Below, piece after piece: positions 39,829 through 51,429 of a stretch of 64,000 bases of DNA. The stretch covers positions 25,358,001-25,422,000 of the forward strand of contig OZ024745.1 of the NCBI GenBank assembly GCA_964016885.1, given 5' to 3'. The DNA comes from Eledone cirrhosa (Eukaryota). The notes beneath the pieces were generated by a model. The model made no database searches. It was not told the origin of the DNA and was given only the letters and a program-made list of their open reading frames with translations. The position numbers were made by a program, and so were the translations under genes. Each line of letters opens with the position of its first letter. Positions within the stretch are counted from its first letter, which is position 1.

Positions 39829-42329
39829 CGAGTCCTCGATATACGCTATATATGCGTTCCTGAAACCCTTACCGTATATCGAATTACCGTATAAAGAACC
39901 CATTATAACATGAAATAGATAGGGATGCGTTCCAGCACATCAAAAAAGTCATCCCTACAGAAAGAAATAATGTTTTTTTTATTATTTACTGTACCTTATA
40001 CATGCCGTGTAGTCCAACAGATGATGTGCCTCTTCATTTGTCCCTCTCGAGGCTAAGAGACAGTTTGGGTTTCAGCCCTTACTCATCTTGGGCTGAGTTG
40101 GCAGGGGAGGATGAGGGTGATGTGGGAGGCTCAAAAATAAACTCGTTGATTGCAGTGGATGTTGAAGGGCCAGCTGTAGCACGGCTGGCAGGTGTGACTG
40201 GCTTGAAGAAAGAGTAGATGGAGGACTGTTTGGCGGTGTTTCTTTTGGCTTCATACATTTCTTGGTAAATCTTGACGCTTTTCTCGACGTCTTGAGCCAC
40301 TTTGCTGCTACTAGCAGGGTTGGGGTCACGCTCCATCAGGGTTTCTAAGATTGTTTCGATACTCCCGAGACATTCTCTTAGAGTTTTTATGTCCAAGCCA
40401 CGCACAGGTTCTTCTTCCTCCTCTTCTTCTTTTTCTGTCTCCTGTATCGCCTTGTCTAGTTCTATGAGTTCATCATTGGAGAGTGGTTCAGCATGGCTTT
40501 CCAAAAGGTCTTGCACATCATCATCATTAACACCATTGAAGCCAGCTCTATGGCAGAGATTTACAATATCTTTTTTTATCGCACCAATGTCCTCAGCAAA
40601 GCCTTGCAAGTCATTCACACATGCTGGCCATAATTTCTTCCAGGCCAAGTTCATGGTAGACTGCTTCACTTCTTCCCAAGATGCTTTGATGTTGTCTAAG
40701 CCGTGCTTGATGTTGTACAATTTCCACCATTCCCTGATCGTGGGCTTGTCAGACCCATCTGTGCCCTTTATCAGCTGTTGCATGGTCCTCCGCTGGTAGT
40801 ATGCCTTAAATGTTTTGATGAGTGTTTGATCCATCGGCTGAATGAGAGCTGTGGTGTTTGGGGGGAGAAACAAAACCTCAATATTTTCTGACCAGTCTTC
40901 CATTGCCCGTGGGTGGCTGGGGGCGGTCCACTAATAGCAAAAAAGGGTTGGCAATGTTGTTAACTAATGCATATTCCTTAAGGGTTGGTGACAGATATGA
41001 GGTGAAAAAATCCTGGTGAATTGAAGTGATCAGCCATGCCTTCTTATTAGACTTCCATATCATTGGTAGGTATTGCTTAAGTAACCCCTTGAGTGCTCTT
41101 GGAGTTTCAGAATGGTAGATAATGTTTAGCTTTAGCTTTAAATCTCCTTCTGCATTCCCTCCAAGTAACAGAGTAACGCGGTCCTTTGAGGCTTTGAACC
41201 CCTTCGCACTTTTCTCCTCCTTGTCAATATAACTATTACTGGTCATCTTTTTCCAATAAAGTCCTGTTTCATCATAATTAATAACCTGTTTTTTTGCTGT
41301 ACCCCTTCTCTGCAATGCATTTCTCTAACTCTGCCTTGAATTTTTTAGCACTCTCTTTATCGGAACTGGCAGCCTCACTTGTAACTTTTATGTTGTGAAG
41401 ACTCGAACGTCGTTTGAACTTATCAAACCAGCCTTTGCTTGCCTTGAATACAAAGTCCTCCACCCCCATTTCAGTCCTGAGCCTGTCAATAATGGACAAT
41501 GCTTTCTTACTGATTACATTTAAAGACAGAGGCATATTTTGACGATTTTGGTCGTCGATCCAAATTTTGAGCAACCTTTCCATCCTATCAATAATCGGCT
41601 CACGATGTTTGGTCAACAATTTATTCTGTAGACTCGTAGCATTCTCCCCAGCTTTTTTGACAGCCTCACTATTTTTTAAAACAGTCCAGACTGTAGACTG
41701 GGTTAGGCCTAAGTTACGACTTATGGCGGACGTACCTTGCCCCTGTTCCTTCCTTTTCAAAATTTCCAGCTTTATCTCCAAAGTCAGGCTCTTCCTCATG
41801 CGTTTGGCCTTTCCAACTGCATCTGCAATATTCGCAGGACGTTTTGGGGCCATGAGGTATGGGGTTATAAGACATGCCGTGATAATTATGCTCCAAAAAC
41901 ACGTCGTCGGGTTTTCTCTTACTTTGAATGACGTCATAACTCTTAACTGATCACTTCAGTTCGGCAAAAATTCTCTCACTGAGAGGACACGCTAGTTTGC
42001 CGAACTGAAGTGACCAGTTAAGAGTTATGACGTCATCGACCGATATCTGACCTCGCTCGTGATTGGCCAGTTTCTCGGTAAGGTCGGTTAGTACAATAGC
42101 AGTAGTAACACAATTTTCCTAGAATTCGAATAGCAGTCAGTTTCCACGAATTCAAGGGGGAATTTATTGCTTACTACAGGTGGCGCTACGGTACAATATA
42201 AACAAAACACGACCAAAAACCGTATCTGTGAATTTTTTTTACCGTAAATAGAATTGATGGTAGTAATTACCCAAAACCGTATCTGTGAATTTACCGGATA
42301 AAGAACTACCGTATATCGAGGACCCACTG
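39826..42329 (-). mobile_element. Full-length Tigger/pogo-family DNA transposon
   Basis: 20-bp terminal inverted repeats (TIRs): CAGCGAGTCCTCGATATACG at 39826 versus reverse complement CAGTGGGTCCTCGATATACG ending 42329 (2 mismatches). TA on both flanks. Encloses a transposase on the minus strand. Confidence 0.95.
40079..41853 (-). pseudogene. Tigger/pogo transposase (CENP-B-type HTH + DD32D), two frameshifts
   Basis: Three consecutive ORFs: MAPKRP...RKSLTLEIKLEIL...FKASKGWFDKFKRR, then INYDETGLYWK...KASKDRVTLLLGGNAEG...LLLVD, then (N)APSHP...FLPPNTTALIQPMDQ. There is +1 nt in an A7 run (~41290) and a 2-nt loss in DNAPSHP (~40925). The reconstruction gives 32 residues between the 2nd and 3rd catalytic Asp. 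Confidence 0.95.
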
Positions 42330-43480
42330 TATATATATCACATAAGAAACGGAGAATCATCTATTTTATTAATATTTGTATTTTAATATATATATATATA
42401 TTTATAATATATAAGATCAAAAGATGGTTAAAAGAGTTCCATGTATTTTATTATGCGCATTTCAAAAACAAATATCATCATGCGATGACATTTGCGTTTT
42501 CGTCAGATAAAATAGGGAGACATGATATGAAGGTTAAAAAACACTTGTGAATAGTGCAGTTTTAAATCAACATATGAAAAGTAGTTTTAGATTGATGTGT
42601 GATATTGGGGAAAAAATGAGGGGGGGGTGAAAAAGAGGAGGAGATGAGAGTAAAGAATGGAGGGGGAGGAGTATAATAAGGAAGGATGAGATAGGAGGAG
42701 AGATGGGTGATAGAGAGAGAGAGATAGCTTTTATAACTGAGAAAAATATATTGTTTTACAGAGAGAGGTTAAAAAACCGTTGGAAGATAATATATAGATT
42801 AAAAGAATTTGAAAATAAACGAAGAGAAAAATTTAAGAATAATGTTAAATTAAGGTTTGTATATTGAAGGGTTTAATAATATGTGCGATGAAAAGAAATT
42901 GTTAATATGTATTAAGAATAATATTAAGTTAAGGTTTGAATATTGAAGGGTTTAATAATATGTGCGATGGAAAGAAATTGTTGATATGCATATAAATAAA
43001 AAAAAAAAAAAATAGTAATGTAATTAAGGATATATTGTGAAAAGAAGTAGAAGAGTGGATGAAATATGTGTTGCGATGTGTAATATTACACATCGCAACA
43101 CATAAAAACAAACTTAAACCCTAACTAATCTCCTTTATTACATTATATATTATTACCATTAGGAAATACTTCATAAACATACATATTTTGATGTTAAGGT
43201 CTTCTCCTTAAACATTATCTCTTTCTTTACTTTCTGCGCTCATTTGTAAACAAACTATATTACACATTCATATTACATTACATAAAAACAAACTTAAATA
43301 CTAACTAATTCCTCTAAATTCATAATTCATCCACTCTTCTACTTCTATTAACAATATATCCTTAATTACATTACTATTTTTATTTTTTTAATAATACATA
43401 TCAACAATTTCTGTCCATCGCACATATTATTAAACCCTTCAATATTCAAACCTTAACGTAATATTATTCTTAATACATAT

Positions 43481-43662
43481 GGTGGATTGGCAGTATCGGT
43501 AAAGGGTCGGACGCCATGCTTTGCAGCACAGTTACGTCCCTTTATGGTCTGAGTTCAAATCCCGCCGAGGTTAACTTTGCCTTTCATCCTTACGGGGTCG
43601 ATAAAATAAAGTACCAGTAATACACTGGGATAATTGCTGGCCTTGTGCCAAAAGTAGAAACA
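43481..43662 (+). mobile_element. SINE, same family, 18-bp TSD
   Basis: TSD ATTATTCTTAATACATAT at 43463 and 43663. The empty site is visible in the opposite fold-back arm (~42905-42923). Confidence 0.9.
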
Positions 43663-44075
43663 ATTATTCTTAATACATATTAACAATTTCTTTTCATCGC
43701 ACATATTATTAAACCCTTCAATATACAAACCTTAATTTAACATTATTCTAAAATTTTTCTCTTCGTTAATTTTCAAATTCTTTTAATTTATATATTATCT
43801 TCCAACAGTTTTTTAACCTCTCTCTGTAAAACAATATATTTTTCTCAGTTATAAAAGCTATCTCTCTCTCTCTCTATCACCCATCTCTCCTCCTATCTCA
43901 TCCTTCCTTATTATACTCCTCCCCCTCCATTCTTTACTCTCATCTCCTCCTCTTTTTCACCCCCCCCCCCTCATTTTTTTCACAATATCACACATCAATC
44001 TAAAACTACTTTTCATATGTTGATTTAAAACTGCACTATTCACAAGTGTTTTTTAACCTTCATATCATGTCTCGC

Positions 44076-44146
44076 TATTTTATCTGACGAAAACGCAAAT
44101 GTCATCGCATGATGATATTTGTTTTTGAAATGCGCATAATAAAATA
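44076..44146 (+). ncRNA. Type I hammerhead ribozyme (mirror 42444-42514 minus)
   Basis: TATTTTAT-CTGACGA-AAA..CAAATGTCATC gcat GATGATATTTG..TTT-GAAA-TGCGCA-TA|ATAAAATA. Confidence 0.85.
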
Positions 44147-44310
44147 CATGTAACTCTTTTAACCATCTTTTGATCTTATATATTATTTATACTCTACAAA
44201 CTGTAGAGTGCTACTTATCCGATATCTGCATTGCTTTATTGTACTACAATAAAACTCACCTCCTACATATATATATTTATATATATATTTATATATATTT
44301 ATATATATAT

Positions 44311-44684
44311 ATAAAAATGAAATAACAGTAGGCTGGACTGGTGTAAATCCTTGAAAGGTTTATTATACTATGATCATTTCAATGACCGGGTTCCATATGA
44401 ATCCGGTGATATCATCAGGTATTGTTATATTCCAATACCTGATGATATCACCGGATTCATATGGAACCCGGTCATTGAAATGATCATAGTATAATAAACC
44501 TTTCAAGGATTTACACCAGTCCAGCCTCCTGTTATTTCATTTATAATTAACTCCGTATTCGCACCACCAACTACACAAGCGAAGGTGGGTGAACTGCACT
44601 GCGTTGAGTATTCTTCACAATATTACACCAGGATTGACCATACGGAATGACCAGTTCTATCCAGTGGTGAACCAACAAACCTTA

Positions 44685-44687
<3 letters not shown>
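44311..44687 (+). mobile_element. HHR-bearing fold-back element (young)
   Basis: Near-identical ~113-bp arms around loop TTATATTC; ~140-bp tail. Confidence 0.85.
44435..44492 (+). ncRNA. Type I hammerhead ribozyme (mirror 44365-44422 minus)
   Basis: ATAC-CTGATGA-t-AT c ACCGG..CCGGT c AT-t-GAAA-TGATCA-TA|GTAT, within fold-back 44311-44687. Confidence 0.8.
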
Positions 44688-44721
<34 letters not shown>

Positions 44722-44790
44722 TGTTAAATGGTTACTACCTCGATTAAATCTTAACCATTTAACATCTCAGGATATGTCATGTATCATTAT

Positions 44791-44843
44791 ATTTTGTCTG
44801 ATGAGGACGTACTGTTGTACCTCCGAAATATGTATAATAAAAT
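44791..44843 (+). ncRNA. Type I hammerhead ribozyme
   Basis: ATTTTGT-CTGATGA-GGA cGTAC tgtt GTACc TCC-GAAA-TATGTA-TA|ATAAAAT. Same family as 21290-21458 and 37278-37495. Confidence 0.8.
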
Positions 44844-45213
44844 TTAATTGATCAAAAGAACATCTATTTTATTAATATTTGTATTTTAATATTAATAACT
44901 GGAAAATTATTTTCTGTAGAGTGCTTCCAATCTACTGTAAAACTCATTCTTTGATGTACTCATTGAATCTTGTTTAACTCTTTAATATATATATATATAT
45001 ATATTTACATGAACTGGTATCCACAAATTTATGCTAGTCAATATATCGATCTATCGTGATCAATCAACCATTTGAAACGATTTTAAAACAATGAACTAAT
45101 TAAGAATCTATCTTCGACTTTTGTTCTTTCATTGTTCAATACGCACATACACATATTCATATATATTTACACACACACACACATATATATATATACATAT
45201 ATACACAAATATA

Positions 45214-45309
45214 TAGGGTGACAACAAAAGACCCTTCAATATTGTAAGAATATTCATTTAAGTTTTCATATTATAAGTATTTGAAATCAAAGAGTGTTTT
45301 GTGGTCACC

Positions 45310-45312
<3 letters not shown>
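45214..45312. mobile_element. ~99-bp Tc1/mariner-type MITE
   Basis: TIRs TAGGGTGACAACAAAAGAC / reverse complement CAGGGTGACCACAAAACAC, TA flanks. A similar tiny element lies at ~34600-34660. Confidence 0.65.
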
Positions 45313-45385
<73 letters not shown>

Positions 45386-45388
<3 letters not shown>

Positions 45389-45975
45389 GATAAATCTACC
45401 AAGAGTTTACGGTAGTGTCCAATCCGTATGAAGAACTCAATGTATTCCGGATATCATGGAAAGAAGAGATGTAATGAAAAATCACTTTCGGTGAAAGATA
45501 AACGGTATACAGAGTCAAGATAAAATATTAAACAAATAATGAATAAAACAATGAAACAGTTCCTTATATTAAACAAAAAAAAGTTCATTATTTAACGATC
45601 GTTTCTAGGATATATATGTGTTAGAATTGGCATGCATATTCAACAGATCTATGTACAAAATTATACAAAATTATACAAACTATCAAGATTAAATATACAT
45701 ACCAACACATATATACGCCGTCTTCAGAAATAATTATTTCAATAATAATTATTTCAATAATAATTATTTCTGAAGACGGCGTATATATGTGTTGGTATGT
45801 ATATTTAATCTTGATAGTTTGTATAATTTTGTATAATTTTGTACATAGATCTGTTGAATATGCATGCCAATTCTAACACATATATATCCTAGAAACGATC
45901 GTTAAATAATGAACTTTTTTTGTTTAATATAAGGAACTGTTTCATTGTTTTATTCATTATTTGTTTAATATTTTA
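45386..45975 (-). mobile_element. HHR-bearing fold-back element (young)
   Basis: ~215-bp arms that appear identical by eye; 15-bp tandem triplication at the hinge; tail 45386-45520. Collapsed derivative at 39510-39655. Confidence 0.85.
45763..45910 (+). ncRNA. Hammerhead-like motif with very long helix/loop II (mirror 45587-45734 minus)
   Basis: ATTATTT-CTGAAGA-cGGcgTATATATGTGTT..(~80 nt)..AACACATATATAtCCta-GAAA-CGATCG-TT|AAATAAT. Confidence 0.65.
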
Positions 45976-47123
45976 TATATATATATATATATATACATAC
46001 ATACATAGTAGACGCACACCTATGTATTCCTATGATAAGTATGTCATACATATGCTGAAACCAGATTTACATTGGAATGTTTGTTCTATTTCCAGAAATC
46101 TTTTTTTTCCCAATCTAAAAAAAGAAACAACAAAATACGGACTTTACATACTCTGTTCCCACATCATATGAAGGTACGTATTTAACCTATCACCGCCCCC
46201 ACCATATCTCTCTCACCCTCCCCCCCCTTCCCCCTCTCTTCCCTCTCTCCCTCTCACCCTCACCATCCCCTCTTCCCATCTCTTTCCCTCTCTTTAGTTT
46301 TCTTTCTTTTGTTTCCCTCTCACTCCTACAAATACCTTCTATATATATCCACGGATGTTTTAGCACCCAGCTTCTCTCGTTTTCTTGTTTATTTTTATTT
46401 TTATTTTTCTTCCTCTATATTTATCATTACTTCCCTGTTTATGTGTTGTTTTTGTTGTTGTTTTTCTACCTCTACAATTTTCTATTCCTTTTACTTCCTT
46501 GTGTTCCTTTTTGTGTGAACATAATAGCAGAATATAAGAACAACAAGATTGGAATATAATAGATAAAAATCCCATAAGTCCTTGTGGAGTCGTATAGGCA
46601 CCGTCATACGGTGTGTCTGGGGCACATTTAAAGCTAGCCGAGCCCAACCCTCAACAGGTCTGAACACAGCCGATTTTGTCTATAGAGGAAGAATCGACTC
46701 CAGTACTGGACTGGTACTTTTTTTTATCGACCTCGAAAGGATGAAAGGCAAAGTTGACCACGGCGAGATTTGAACTCAGAGCGCGCAAAGAGGTGGGTTA
46801 AACACCATAAAACATTCTATCCAACTTCTTAACGACTCTGCCAATACACCACCTTAAACATAATAGAAGGGAAGAACAAAACATTGTAGCCGAGTCCAGC
46901 GGTTTACTGTCTATTCTCGTTGGAGATCTTTTAAAAAATTTGGCAGAAATGCACATAGAAAAGGCACGAACTTCACAAAAATCATTTTTATACAATCTTA
47001 CTAGAAAATAACTATAATGTTTCTTCTTTATTTAATACATTGTATACACACATAATAAACATACACATATTGGACATTGGCAGTTTTAGCGTTATATATA
47101 TATACATATAGCTTGTCTCTACC

Positions 47124-47171
<48 letters not shown>

Positions 47172-47394
47172 AAAAAGAGATGAAATCGAAAATGCAACTG
47201 GAGTCTTATTTAAAAAAAAAATATATATATTTATTTGGTTCCTTTACCGGTTTCGCATTTCTTCTGCTTTTCAAAAGGTGAGTTGAGATGGAGGGTCTGT
47301 GGTTTTTCTCACATCTGGTTTTTCCATATAAAACAAGTAACATTCAGAGACCAACCAGATGTGAGAAAAACCACAGACCCTCCATCTCAACTCA

Positions 47395-47432
47395 CCTTTT
47401 GAAAAGCAGAAGAACTGCGAAACCGGTAGAGG
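47395..47432 (+). ncRNA. Type I hammerhead ribozyme, U3-A8 core variant (mirror 47241-47278 minus)
   Basis: Same fold as 27947-27984 with helix I CCTT/GAGG; lies inside fold-back 47168-47569. Confidence 0.7.
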
Positions 47433-47563
47433 AACCAAATAAATATATATATTTTTAAAAAAAATAAGACTCCAGTTGCATTTTCGATTTCATCTCTTTT
47501 TCTTTATACTTTCACTCGTGTAGGACACCTCGGTTATTTTTCATTTTGTAAAAAAAACCTCAC

Positions 47564-47628
<65 letters not shown>

Positions 47629-47894
47629 CATAATCGGAGAAAGCTAATAACGATACTCCAGCCAAATCCCAACTCACTCAACAAACATTAGGAAATACCT
47701 AAGTATATTCCCAATTAAACGTTCGGGGTGCTAACTAATTGGTTTGTGTGGAAAATTGGCTGTATCATTTCATATGAGATATATCAAATATATCTCTTCC
47801 CAGACGGACGTCTCGTTTCATCACAAGATTCCTACAAGTTGGGTGAAATTATACCAATTTATGTAGAAGCTTGTATAAGATCAACAGATACTTA

Positions 47895-47989
<95 letters not shown>

Positions 47990-48196
47990 GCAAGTTTAAA
48001 GAACTATTAGATATAGTATGTGCATGTGAGAGTTGGGGGAAGAACGAGGTTCCATGTTCAGGAAAAGTGTGGGTGGGCTGTAGGTCGGTGTGTGCGTGCG
48101 TATGGATGGGGAGGGGTCAGAGGGATGTTTATATATATTCGTACATTTAATGATAGTGTATATGTATGTGTGTGTCTGTGTGTATATATTATATAC

Positions 48197-48229
<33 letters not shown>

Positions 48230-48682
48230 TACATATACACTATCATTAAATGTACGAACTAGCTGGTGTGCAGATAGATTTCTTCATCCGAATCTCTACT
48301 AAACTTCTATTGAGCTATTGTATAATAAAGCTGGCGTAAATGTGGTAGACATTGAGATGATCGTTACACACCAATTAAGTTATCTGATTGCAGTTAAGCA
48401 ATATAAGCTAATAGATAATATAAAAGAAAAATGAAACGACTGCCATACACCAATAAACTATTTAACTACTGTGTAAGCAAACGAGTGTATTGAAACGTAT
48501 TGTTACATGATTCTTAAATAACGTACCGGCTTCTTTTAGTTTCTTTTCTTTTCAGTACGAGGGAAACACAACATACTATTTGCTGCTAGTCAAAACACAA
48601 TTGGTTAATGGTTACTAAGAGAAAATGCTCTAAAATGTACCGTGGTCTCTCTAAGAAATTAAATGTAAAAGGCACCTGTATC

Positions 48683-48985
48683 CGGGGTTGGATTTAGACC
48701 TTGGGGGGTCCGGGCCACTTCAGGTTTGAGGTGCCCCTAATACACAAACATTTAGAATACACAGCCCCCCCCCCCCCCCCGCTCCAAAGTTTACATATTG
48801 AAGTTAGCTTGGCGCAAGTAATTGAAATTGAAAAGTTATACATAGAGATATTAAATTAAAACATTCTAACCAACCCAAAACTAAAAAGCCCAGCTGAGGG
48901 CAGAAATAAATTGCTACGACCTTCGCTGGTGGGGCCACCCACTAGAGGGTGCCCTGGGAGCCCCCCTCCATTAAATCCGGCCCTG
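48683..48985. mobile_element. hAT-type MITE
   Basis: TIRs CGGGGTTGGATTTA / TAAATCCGGCCCTG; perfect 8-bp TSD CCTGTATC at 48675 and 48986. Confidence 0.85.
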
Positions 48986-49447
48986 CCTGTATCGACTCTT
49001 TTCCAACCGATATCTATAGTGATTGACTGTTATTGTTTTGCGTTTGAGTTTCTCAATCTTTCAAATTTTCAAATTAAAAAAACCTTTCAACTCTTTTATT
49101 CTATTATTGGGGTACATTTCGTTTCCAATCAGGAAACTGCATACTCATCCCACTAATGATTCTTACTTATACCTTGCATCAGTGACTTTCGTTATGGCCA
49201 ATGATTTGTAGAAAAATGCTCTCTATGAGGCTTATTTACCCAATACACATGAGTTGAAATCAATGTTTTCAATGTTTTTCTGGTGCTTTAATAGGTTATG
49301 TGAAATTATTTTATCTTTCTAGCATGCCACCACAATTTTCTATAAACTAGACGAGATAAATTGTCTACGTATCATATTTGCATTACCAGGATTTTAGCTC
49401 AAAATCGGAAGCTTATAAATTTAAGGTTTTCGGTTTTGTAACAGGTT

Positions 49448-49858
49448 GATGGTTCTTCTGGTCGGGTTGTTGGTCCTCCGCAGAATAGTCGAATGATGGG
49501 ACAACCATCTTGGTGGCGAGCCGACACGCCGTAGGTCATTATTGGTCTGGAACCTCCCGGGAGACTGGCCCGCCTAGGGTAGTCCTACCAGGAGCACAGC
49601 TCCAGGCGTTAACGCTCTCCCTGATTTACGGAACACACAAGCCCCTTGCCCATGACAAGGTCAGACCCAAGAGGGGGATGTCATCAGGGATGTCATCAGG
49701 AGGCTCGACATTACTTTGGAAGATGCGGAGGAGCTGGCACGGGACCGCCAGTGATGGAGGACGCTGGTGCACCTGGTCAGCTCTATGCACGACGAAGCTT
49801 TAGGATCAGTGTTTTAGGATGATCCCGGCTTCGTGAGCAAGAGGAGGAAGAAGAAGAT
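49448..49858 (+). mobile_element. Short non-autonomous RTE derivative (5' UTR-like part joined to ORF2 3' end)
   Basis: CCTACCAGGAGC..GCTCC..CACAAGCCCC..CATGACAAGGT motif, recalled as RTE 5'UTR-like. Followed by EELARDRQ*WRTLV (RTE C-terminal AxDRxxWR) and a (GAA)n tail. Confidence 0.55.
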
Positions 49859-51429
49859 TAGGGATTTCTAAAACCCGCAGAAGAACTACTTTATCATAAA
49901 CGTCTGACATTTATTTGGTGGGAAGAAGGAATTTGAGTTGAATGTAAAGGCTGAATGGCTGAGTAGATATGTAAATATATCTCCACTCTGTATGCTTCTT
50001 TTTATCTCAAGACTTCATCTGAAAACTTAAATCCACGTAGGTGTCAAATATAGGCAAGAAGAACACTCGGTCGTATTTTTGTAATAGACTGGAATCATCT
50101 CCTAGAAGATCTACGTCTCGGTCACTAAAAAGCTGTTAAATCCAAATCTCATTTTTATATTTTCATAGAATCAATGCACATGGTTTCTGAAAGAGCTCAA
50201 CACCAATGATAGCATAAGAGTTTCTGAGTTATGAGGAGAAAACAACAAACAGAATTGACATCATTCACTCACCCTTTGCAGATTAATTTTTTTTTTTTAG
50301 ATTTCAATAGAAAGTTATACTGACTATTCTGTGGATTATCTTGATGGGCTTCTCTTTAATTTGATACTCTAGCCAAATTCTAACTCTAATCTATCCAATT
50401 ACAACTACTTTTATTCGTGTTATTGGTACTAAATAGAGAAACGCCTAAGCAAATGTCTGCCTGCAACGGAACTTAGAACCATAAGAAAATGAACCAGCAT
50501 TCTATAAACAATTCAACTAGTTGTTGGCTAGATTCCCATTATAGTTGTTTGAGCGCTGTTGTAATAAAGGTCAAACGAAATACATTGACTCTAACCTCAG
50601 TAAAATTCAGTCTAGATCGGAAGTGAGTGGTTTACATATTCGAATGTCAAGTAACAGGTTGCGAATCCTAGAGAACTGTAGATGTGGCACTTTAATGTTC
50701 TGTCTAGCAAATTCGTGGATTATTCCAGATAAGCAAGAAATGAAGTAATACAAAATATTAATTAGATAAGAGAACGAAATGCAATAAAAATGAAGAAAAT
50801 ACGAAATGTTTTATTTTTCTTTCAAACAAAACATTTATTTTTTATAGAATCATTTTAATTTTTGGCAGTTGATCAAGTAATATATTCAGACAGTTAATAC
50901 TCGTAGACTAGAATACAGACATCAGTGATATACCATAGTAAGTAGAGGTACAGAAGAGTGGTGGTAGTAAATTCCGTATACAAACTACAGGTTTGATTCT
51001 TGATTGAGTCATCTTTGTCATATGTCCTTTATATCATGGTTTCTCAATCTGGGTAAATTTACCTCTTCCCTTAGAGGATAAATTTGCTGATTCTTGATTT
51101 GTACATATTTTTATTTTTAGTTATATTAAACTCTTGCATTTGAAACGTCTGAACATTTTTATGGGGATCGACCAAAGGATTTCCTTTGTTTTCTAAGCGG
51201 ACCTTCGAAATAAACATACCATTTACAACTACATATCGGTGTTAGGGAGGGTTCTCTACATTGGTGGATATCAAAACGAATCACCGATCTCGATGATTAT
51301 TTCACAATGATAATATAAGATTATCGTTTAGAGGCCGAAATAATTTTGTATATTTTTGGCATAGTTTCAATAACTATGCCACGAATATCCAAAATCATAA
51401 AGAGCCCTAAACGATACAATGGTTAATTT

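Larger units (their letters stand above)
42404..44266 (+). mobile_element. 1.86-kb HHR-bearing fold-back element
   Basis: Left arm 42404-~43064 is the reverse complement of right arm ~43326-44186, minus a SINE insertion. Tail 44187-44266, then TA repeats. Confidence 0.9.

Noticed and set aside
40302-41950. Plus-strand ORFs of 60-165 aa
   Set aside because: Antisense shadows of the transposase.
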